A stretch of 12,437 nt of DNA, taken from the NCBI GenBank assembly GCA_003166335.1, contig PMWA01000016.1:1-12437 (forward strand), read 5' to 3'. The notes under the pieces were generated by a model. It worked only from the letters and a program-made list of their open reading frames with translations, was not told the DNA's origin and searched no databases. Origin of the DNA: Methanobacterium sp. (GTDB taxonomy: Archaea; Methanobacteriota; Methanobacteria; Methanobacteriales; Methanobacteriaceae). A program made the translations under genes and the position numbers. Position 1 is the stretch's first letter. Every line of letters starts with the position of its first letter. Shown one piece after another: positions 5,680-12,437 of the stretch.

Positions 5680-7015
5680 AATTAAGATAAATGAACCTAA
5701 AACCACCGAACTAAATATTAACGCTCCATTCGAACTATTTAAAAAAATATATAATAACTATCCTTATGCATTCCTTTTAGAATCTATGGAAAGTGATAGT
5801 GGAATGGCCAGATTCTCAGTTCTGGGGTTTAAACCAGTTGTAACTTTAAAAGCGCATGTAAATGTGCTGGAAATAGAGAAAGATGGAGAAAAAGAAGAAA
5901 TTGATGTAGAAAATCCTTTTGATGAAATAAAAAAGGTTACGTCGTCAAGCAATGGAAAAAAAGGATTCCGGGGTGGATTAGTGGGGTACGTATCCTATGA
6001 GTCGGTGCGACACTTTGAACCAGTTGCAATAAAGGAAGGTTTTTATCCAGATTTTGAATTCGGATTATTCCTAGATGGAATAATATTCGACAGAATCCAA
6101 AACAAATGTGAATACGTAACCCTTAATGAAGATAGATCTGAAGAGATAAAAAATATTTCGAAAGAAGAATATGAGATAGATGGAATAAGCTTTAAGGAAA
6201 ATGGACATCATTTCTCGAAGGATAAATTTGAAGAAATGGTTCTTCAAGCAAAAGAGAAAATAAAAGAGGGAGAAATATTTCAAAGTGTCATTTCTAATGC
6301 CCGAGAATATACAATTAATGGTAACAAGCTATCTTTTTATGAAAGACTTCGGAGCATAAACCCATCACCCTACATGTATCATTTGAAACTGGATAACAGA
6401 GAAATAATAGGTTCCAGTCCAGAAATGCTGGTTAGAGTAGAAAACAGAATGATGGAAACATTTCCTATAGCTGGAACTATAAAACGTGGAGTTAACCAGC
6501 ATGAAGATGTATTACTAGAAAAAGAACTTTTAGCTGATGAAAAAGAAAAAGCTGAACATTTAATGCTAGTTGATCTGGCTAGAAATGATGTAGGAAAGGT
6601 AAGTAAATTTGGCTCAGTACAAGTTCATGATTACATGGGAATTAAAAAGTTTTCACATGTTCAACATATATTTTCCAGGGTTACTGGAGAGTTGAAAAAT
6701 GATAAAACTGCCGTGGACGCATTTAAGGCCATGTTTCCTGCTGGAACTCTTAGCGGAGCCCCTAAAATAAGGGCTATGGAAATAATAGATGAATTGGAAG
6801 AAATTCCCCGTGGACCTTATGGCGGTGCAGTGGGTTACTTCTCCCTCAATGGTAATGCAGATTTTGCAATAACCATACGAACCATGGTGTGTGACGGTAA
6901 TCAAGCAAAAATACAGGCCGGCGCTGGTATAGTTCACGATTCAATCCCAGAAAATGAATATTATGAATGCGAAAACAAAGCTAGTGCTCTTATAAATGCT
7001 CTTAGAGGGGACTAA
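5657..7015 (+). CDS. trpE: Anthranilate synthase component I
   Basis: Motifs FLLES, FRGGLVGYVSYE, GEIFQ, NPSPYM, GSSPEML, PIAGT, KEKAEHLMLVDLARND, FPAGTLSGAPKIRAM and QAGAGIV. The nominal GTG start lacks a well-spaced SD; true initiation may be at 5647 (see findings). Confidence 0.97.
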   Translation: MNVFGEFKIKINEPKTTELNINAPFELFKKIYNNYPYAFLLESMESDSGMARFSVLGFKPVVTLKAHVNVLEIEKDGEKEEIDVENPFDEIKKVTSSSNGKKGFRGGLVGYVSYESVRHFEPVAIKEGFYPDFEFGLFLDGIIFDRIQNKCEYVTLNEDRSEEIKNISKEEYEIDGISFKENGHHFSKDKFEEMVLQAKEKIKEGEIFQSVISNAREYTINGNKLSFYERLRSINPSPYMYHLKLDNREIIGSSPEMLVRVENRMMETFPIAGTIKRGVNQHEDVLLEKELLADEKEKAEHLMLVDLARNDVGKVSKFGSVQVHDYMGIKKFSHVQHIFSRVTGELKNDKTAVDAFKAMFPAGTLSGAPKIRAMEIIDELEEIPRGPYGGAVGYFSLNGNADFAITIRTMVCDGNQAKIQAGAGIVHDSIPENEYYECENKASALINALRGD

Positions 7016-7026
7016 GTGATTCGAAA

Positions 7027-7596
7027 ATGATTCTAATAATTGATAATTATGATTCATTCACCTACAACCTTTATCAGTTAATGGGAGAACTTCATGAAGA
7101 TATGATAATTAAACGCAACGATGAAATAAGCATTCAAGAGATAAAAAAAATTAATCCAGAGAATATAGTCATTTCTCCAGGTCCAGGTCGCCCGGAAAAT
7201 AAAAGAGATTTTGGAATCTGCACTCAAGTTATACAGAAATTTGGAAACGTAACACCGATTCTTGGAGTTTGTTTAGGACATCAAGGAATTTTCAATGCTT
7301 TTGGTGGTGAGATAATACGTACAGAACCTGTGCATGGTAAAACGAGCCAAATATTCCATACAGAAGACAGTGTGTTCAGAGGTGTTAAAAATCCTCTTTC
7401 TGCAGCAAGATATCATTCCTTACTTTGCAATGATGAAACAACACCGGAATGTATTGAAATCATTGCTCGAACCAGTGAAGGTAGGATAATGGCTATAAAA
7501 CATACTGATAATCCTATAATAGGACTTCAATTTCACCCGGAATCTGTGGGTACACCCGATGGAAGAAGGATACTAGAAAATTTCCTGGAGATGTAA
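7027..7596 (+). CDS. trpG: Anthranilate synthase component II (glutamine amidotransferase)
   Basis: IDNYDSFTYNL, ISPGPG, GVCLGHQ, RYHSL and QFHPES. Confidence 0.97.
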   Translation: MILIIDNYDSFTYNLYQLMGELHEDMIIKRNDEISIQEIKKINPENIVISPGPGRPENKRDFGICTQVIQKFGNVTPILGVCLGHQGIFNAFGGEIIRTEPVHGKTSQIFHTEDSVFRGVKNPLSAARYHSLLCNDETTPECIEIIARTSEGRIMAIKHTDNPIIGLQFHPESVGTPDGRRILENFLEM

Positions 7597-7601
7597 GTTC
7601 C

Positions 7602-8393
7602 ATGAAGTTCTCAGACATAATAAAGCAGCGAAGAGAAGTTTTAAATAAAGAGAAATTTTATAAACCTTTAAGTGAGTTAAAAGAGGATATTAAACGAATT
7701 AAAGTGCGAAAAAGCTTCAAAAATAGTCTTTTAAAAGAGGATGATGTATCCATAATATGTGAATACAAACCAGCTTCACCTTCAGCTGGTGATATATCAA
7801 ATTTAACAGTAGAGACGGTATTGCCATTATTTGAGAAGATGGGTGCCAGTGCAGCTTCAATTATAACTGAAGAGAAGTTTTTTAAAAGCAATGTTAATAA
7901 TTTGAAGATTGCTTGTAAAATAAGTGGTTTACCATTGCTTAGAAAAGACTTCATTTTAGATGAATATCAAATATATGAGTCAAGAGCCAATGGAGCTAAC
8001 GCAATTCTTTTAATGGCAGATCTTTACCCTAATTTATCAGAAGGAATTTTAATCACTCAATATTTAGGTATGGATGTTATGGTTGAGTGTAAAAATGAAG
8101 AAGAAATAAAGAAAGCCATAAATGCTGGCGCTGAAATAATAGGAATAAATAATCGGAGCTTTGAAGACTTCAGCATCAATTTTAACCGCACCCAGAAACT
8201 CTCAGCATTAGTACCCTCTGAAATAATTTTAGTATCTGAAAGTGGCGTAAAGAATCGTGATAATGTGAAGTTACTCTCTAGTTATGGTGCCGATGCACTG
8301 TTGGTTGGGACAAGTATAATGGAATCTAATGAAATGTCTCGAAAGATAGTTGAAATTATTAGTGCTGCTAAAAATTCTAGGCTGGAGCGATAA
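7602..8393 (+). CDS. trpC: Indole-3-glycerol phosphate synthase
   Basis: ICEYKPASPS, LLRKDFI, GINNR and VSESGV. The stop overlaps the trpF start (TAATG). Confidence 0.96.
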   Translation: MKFSDIIKQRREVLNKEKFYKPLSELKEDIKRIKVRKSFKNSLLKEDDVSIICEYKPASPSAGDISNLTVETVLPLFEKMGASAASIITEEKFFKSNVNNLKIACKISGLPLLRKDFILDEYQIYESRANGANAILLMADLYPNLSEGILITQYLGMDVMVECKNEEEIKKAINAGAEIIGINNRSFEDFSINFNRTQKLSALVPSEIILVSESGVKNRDNVKLLSSYGADALLVGTSIMESNEMSRKIVEIISAAKNSRLER

Positions 8394-9061
8394 TGAAAAT
8401 AAAGATTTGTGGAATAACTCGAGCTAAAGATATCATGGTATGCGAAGAAAATAATGCAGATCTTATAGGTTTCATAAATATTAGACGCTCCCAAAGATTT
8501 GTGGAACTAGATAAAATCAATGAACTCACCAGTAAGCTTAATAATAAAGATCACTCCGTTTTGGTAATTGAGCCGGATAATTTGGAAGACGCAAAAATAA
8601 TTTTAGAAAAATCTAATATAAAGTTAATACAACTTCATTCACTTTCAAGTGATGATATCATTAGATTAAAGGAAATAGGATCAATTCAAAGGCAATTGAA
8701 GATAATTAAAGCTATAGGAATTCCAAAAACAATTAATACTCGGAAAAAGGTTGAAATAGAAGATTTTGCCAGGGTTTGTGACTTTTTATTATTTGATTAT
8801 GAAAATGATGGAAAAAGCGGTGGCACAGGAAAACAAATTCCTCTTAAATTAGCTTTTGAAGCAGCTAAAATTGCGAAAAATACCAATGATGATATAAAAT
8901 TGTTTTTAGCTGGGGGATTGGATTTAAAACAGTTGAAAAATGAAGGAAAGGTTATAGGAGAAATATTTGATTTTATAGATGTCAATTCAGGTATTGAAGA
9001 TCAACCAGGATTTAAGAATGAGAAAAAAATTATAGAGCTTATAGAATTAGTAAAAGATTAA
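8393..9061 (+). CDS. trpF: Phosphoribosylanthranilate isomerase
   Basis: KIKICGIT, IQLH, SGGTGK, FLAGGL and IDVNSGIE. Confidence 0.95.
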   Translation: MKIKICGITRAKDIMVCEENNADLIGFINIRRSQRFVELDKINELTSKLNNKDHSVLVIEPDNLEDAKIILEKSNIKLIQLHSLSSDDIIRLKEIGSIQRQLKIIKAIGIPKTINTRKKVEIEDFARVCDFLLFDYENDGKSGGTGKQIPLKLAFEAAKIAKNTNDDIKLFLAGGLDLKQLKNEGKVIGEIFDFIDVNSGIEDQPGFKNEKKIIELIELVKD

Positions 9062-9107
9062 TTCCAATTTATAAAATTTATAAAATAAAATTTAAGGTGA
9101 TTTTTAG

Positions 9108-10289
9108 ATGATTGATAATGGTAAATTCGGGAAATATGGGGGTATTTTTGTTCCAGAGCTTCTCATACCTGCCTTAGAAGAACTGGAAAACGCCTTCATG
9201 AAATATAAAGATGATAAAGATTTTAATTCTGAACTGGATTATTACTTAAGAGAATTTGCTGGAAGACCCACTTCCTTATATTATGCTCGTAACCTTTCAG
9301 AGAAGCTGGGATGTAGAATTTACCTTAAAAGAGAGGATATGCTGCATACGGGTGCTCATAAAATAAATAATACATTAGGACAGGGGCTTCTAGCAAAGCA
9401 TATGGGTAAAAAAAGATTAATAGCAGAGACTGGTGCAGGGCAACATGGTATCGCTACTGCAGTAGTAGGTGCATTACTAAAAATGCCCACCGAAGTTTAT
9501 ATGGGCAGTGAAGATGTTGTAAGACAGAAATTAAATGTTTTTAGAATGGAACTTTCTGATGCAAAGGTTTTACCTGTAGATAGCGGTTCCCGTACTCTTA
9601 AGGATGCTATAAATGAAGCTTTAAGGGATTGGATTAGTAATTTAGATGACACTCACTACTTGATCGGCTCTACAATGGGACCTCATCCTTACCCCACCAT
9701 AGTGAAGCATTTTCAGAGTGTCATTGGAAGAGAAGTTAAAAAGCAAATCATGATGAAGGATGGTAAGCATCCTGATGTAATAATCGCTTGTGTTGGTGGT
9801 GGAAGTAATGCTATCGGCATCTTCTCCGAATTCATAAAGGATGAGGAAGTGAAGTTAGTTGGTGTTGAAGGGGGTGGAAATGGGGTAAACAGTGGACAAA
9901 CTGGGGCTACTCTCTCGGTTGGAACTGAAGGCGTATTGCATGGTTCTCTTTCATTTGTACTGCAAGATGATTATGGACAAATAAATGAAGCTCATTCTGT
10001 GTCTGCAGGACTTGATTACCCTGGTGTAGGTCCTGAACACGCTTATTTGAAAGTTACAGAACGTGCTAAATACGTAGCTATAACTGATAATGAAGCTATT
10101 CGTGGTTTTAAATTACTCTCCAAATATGAAGGGATAATACCGGCTCTTGAAAGCGCTCATGCCATTGCTTATCTAGAGAAATATGCTCAGTTGAGAGAAA
10201 ATAAGGGTAAAACTATAGTGGTAAATTTATCGGGGAGGGGAGATAAGGATATGTTCTTAGTTGCAGAGAAGATGGGTGAGGAAATATGA
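9108..10289 (+). CDS. trpB: Tryptophan synthase beta chain (TrpB1 type)
   Basis: [21 protein letters not shown] (PLP lysine), [30 protein letters not shown] and [17 protein letters not shown] at 9095-9100. Confidence 0.98.
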   Translation: MIDNGKFGKYGGIFVPELLIPALEELENAFMKYKDDKDFNSELDYYLREFAGRPTSLYYARNLSEKLGCRIYLKREDMLHTGAHKINNTLGQGLLAKHMGKKRLIAETGAGQHGIATAVVGALLKMPTEVYMGSEDVVRQKLNVFRMELSDAKVLPVDSGSRTLKDAINEALRDWISNLDDTHYLIGSTMGPHPYPTIVKHFQSVIGREVKKQIMMKDGKHPDVIIACVGGGSNAIGIFSEFIKDEEVKLVGVEGGGNGVNSGQTGATLSVGTEGVLHGSLSFVLQDDYGQINEAHSVSAGLDYPGVGPEHAYLKVTERAKYVAITDNEAIRGFKLLSKYEGIIPALESAHAIAYLEKYAQLRENKGKTIVVNLSGRGDKDMFLVAEKMGEEI

Positions 10290-11101
10290 TGAATGAGAAT
10301 AATTCAGTAACTGAAAGTTACGATGATATGTTTAAGAGGGTTAAAGAGAAAGGTGAAGGAGCTTTTATACCATTTATTGTTGCCGGTGATCCTGATTTTG
10401 AAACTTCTCTCCGGATGGTAAAGATGATGGTGGATGGCGGTGCAGACGCATTGGAAATAGGTTTTCCTTTTAGCGATCCTTTAGCAGATGGTCCTACAGT
10501 ACAGACAGCAAATATTAGGGCTTTAAATTCTGGAATGAATACGGATATAGGTTTTGAATTTGTAAGAAGGATTCGGAAATTCACTAAAATTCCTATTGGA
10601 TTATTAGTGTATTATAACCTCATATTTAAAATGGGAGTAAATGAGTTTTATAGAAAAGCCCATATAAGTGGAGTTAACGGTGTTCTTGCAGCGGATATGC
10701 CTCTTGAAGAGGCTGATGTCGCCGTAGAGGCTGCAAGAAGTAATGGTGTAAATGAAATCTTCCTAGCTGCTCCAACTACAAGTAATGAGCGACTTGAGAA
10801 AATAATAGGGTTATGTTCTGGTTTTCTTTATGTGGTATCAGTTATGGGTGTAACAGGAGCTCGAAGTAAACTTAAAATCAGTACTATAGAATTGGTGGAG
10901 AGAATGCGTAATCATACTCAACTTCCTATTTGTGTGGGTTTTGGGATTTCTAAACCAGAGCATGTGTCAGAAGTTATAGCTGCTGGTGCAGATGGAGCTA
11001 TTGTAGGAAGCGCACTTATTGATGTTATAACAGATAACTTAATGAATCCTGAATTTAAAGTACGTGAATGTTGCCAGATTATGAAAAACGCCACCCAATA
11101 A
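10286..11101 (+). CDS. trpA: Tryptophan synthase alpha chain
   Basis: [32 protein letters not shown] and [12 protein letters not shown] overlap with the trpB stop (alternative start 10289). Confidence 0.97.
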   Translation: MMNENNSVTESYDDMFKRVKEKGEGAFIPFIVAGDPDFETSLRMVKMMVDGGADALEIGFPFSDPLADGPTVQTANIRALNSGMNTDIGFEFVRRIRKFTKIPIGLLVYYNLIFKMGVNEFYRKAHISGVNGVLAADMPLEEADVAVEAARSNGVNEIFLAAPTTSNERLEKIIGLCSGFLYVVSVMGVTGARSKLKISTIELVERMRNHTQLPICVGFGISKPEHVSEVIAAGADGAIVGSALIDVITDNLMNPEFKVRECCQIMKNATQ

Positions 11102-11131
11102 AGAATTTTTATAATATTGAAGTGTTTTTTT

Positions 11132-12190
11132 ATGAAGATTAACGAATGTCTAAAGAAAATAGTGTCTGGTCAAGATTTAAGTGAAGATGAATCTTACCAG
11201 TGTATGATGAAAATAAAAAATGGTAATGCTAGTGAAGTGGAGATTGCAGCTTTGTTGACAGCTCTTTCAATGAAAGGTGAAACAGTGAATGAAATAACTG
11301 GTTTTGCAAAAGCTATGCGTGAAGCATCTATAAAAGTATCTCCCCCACATGGACGTATTTTAGTGGATAGCTGTGGAACAGGCGGTGATAAATTTAAAAC
11401 GTTTAATGTAAGCACATCTGCAGCTATTATAGCTGCCTCCTGTGGAGTTACCATTGCAAAACATGGAAATCGTAGTATTACAAGTAAATGTGGTGGTGCT
11501 GATATTCTAGAATCTTTGGGGGTTAACATTAATTGTGATGCTGAAGGTGTGGAGAAGTGTTTGGAGGAAATAGGATTAGGATTCATGTTCGCACCTCATT
11601 TTCATCCGGCTATGCAAAATGTGATGCCCATTAGGAGAATGCTGGGGATTAGAACTATTTTCAATATTTTAGGTCCTTTAACTTCACCGGCTAATGCAGA
11701 TATCCAGTTGTTGGGAGTTTTCGATCCAAGTTATGTGGAGTTAATGGCTAATGTTTTGAATAAGTTAGGTGTTAAACGGGCTTTAGTGGTGCATGGATTT
11801 GATAATGTTAATCAACCAGCTATGGATGAAATATCAACATTAGGTCGGAGTAAAGTAGCTTTTTTGAGTGATGGTGTGGTTAAGATTCAGGAATGGTATC
11901 CTGAAGATTTTGGTTTGGAATATAGTATTCCGGAATATGTTGAAGCTCCTGAAAGTCTTTATGAAAATTTAGAAGTTATTACTAGTGTTTTGAAGGGTAG
12001 AAAAAATAGTATTGATGATGAAGCCCGGTTGAACCTTTGTCTTGTAAATGCTGCGGCTATTTTATTTATCGCTGGAAAGGCGGGTAGTCTTAAGGCGGGA
12101 ATGAAGATGGTACGTGAATCTGTTGAAAATGGTGATGCTTTTAGTAAATTGAATGAATTCATTAGAATAAGTAATCAATATTGTAAATAA
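11132..12190 (+). CDS. trpD: Anthranilate phosphoribosyltransferase
   Basis: DSCGTGGD, FNVST, AKHGNRS, FAPHFHPAM and RTIFNILGPL. The ATG at 11132 (352 aa) is preferred over the TTG at 11117. Confidence 0.96.
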   Translation: MKINECLKKIVSGQDLSEDESYQCMMKIKNGNASEVEIAALLTALSMKGETVNEITGFAKAMREASIKVSPPHGRILVDSCGTGGDKFKTFNVSTSAAIIAASCGVTIAKHGNRSITSKCGGADILESLGVNINCDAEGVEKCLEEIGLGFMFAPHFHPAMQNVMPIRRMLGIRTIFNILGPLTSPANADIQLLGVFDPSYVELMANVLNKLGVKRALVVHGFDNVNQPAMDEISTLGRSKVAFLSDGVVKIQEWYPEDFGLEYSIPEYVEAPESLYENLEVITSVLKGRKNSIDDEARLNLCLVNAAAILFIAGKAGSLKAGMKMVRESVENGDAFSKLNEFIRISNQYCK

Positions 12191-12381
12191 GAATTTTTAA
12201 TCATTAATTTATTATATACATAAAAATTTAGAATCATTTTATGAGGTAAATTAAAAAAAGAAGGTAAAATTGAGGTAATTAATATACCTGAATTTACCAT
12301 TGCTCCGATTTATTATCTATTAATTATTCAAATATAAATCTTTTGAATCTAAAATCATTACTTAACACTAATAATTTAATA

Positions 12382-12437
<56 letters not shown>

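Noticed and set aside
970..12162. Numerous 60-130 aa antisense ORFs inside trmB, the glycosyltransferase, the oxidoreductase, hypC, trpY and the trp genes
   Set aside because: Shadow ORFs opposite well-supported genes, with no motifs or RBS support.

Overview
AT-rich archaeal DNA, most likely a Methanobacteriales methanogen (Methanobacterium-like), judged from the trpY<-/->trpEGCFBAD layout, GGTGA ribosome-binding sites, TATA boxes and a MurG-like gene. From left to right: the 5' part of a membrane-protein gene (-), a heavily frameshifted HxlR regulator pseudogene missed by the ORF track (-), a TrmB-family regulator split by a single extra base (+), a MurG-like glycosyltransferase (+), a class-I pyridine nucleotide-disulfide oxidoreductase (-), hypC (+), trpY (-), an intergenic region with TRP boxes, the full trpEGCFBAD operon (+), and a partial tRNA-Ile(GAU) (-). 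The main observation is at the start of trpE. The only well-spaced ribosome-binding site serves an out-of-frame 10-codon ORF (MKGCECFWRI*) containing TTT-TGG (Phe-Trp). A +1 slip there places the ribosome exactly in the TrpE frame, suggesting Trp-starvation-triggered +1 frameshifting as a translational switch for trpE. This is a hypothesis; a one-base homopolymer sequencing error is the main alternative. No database searches were run.
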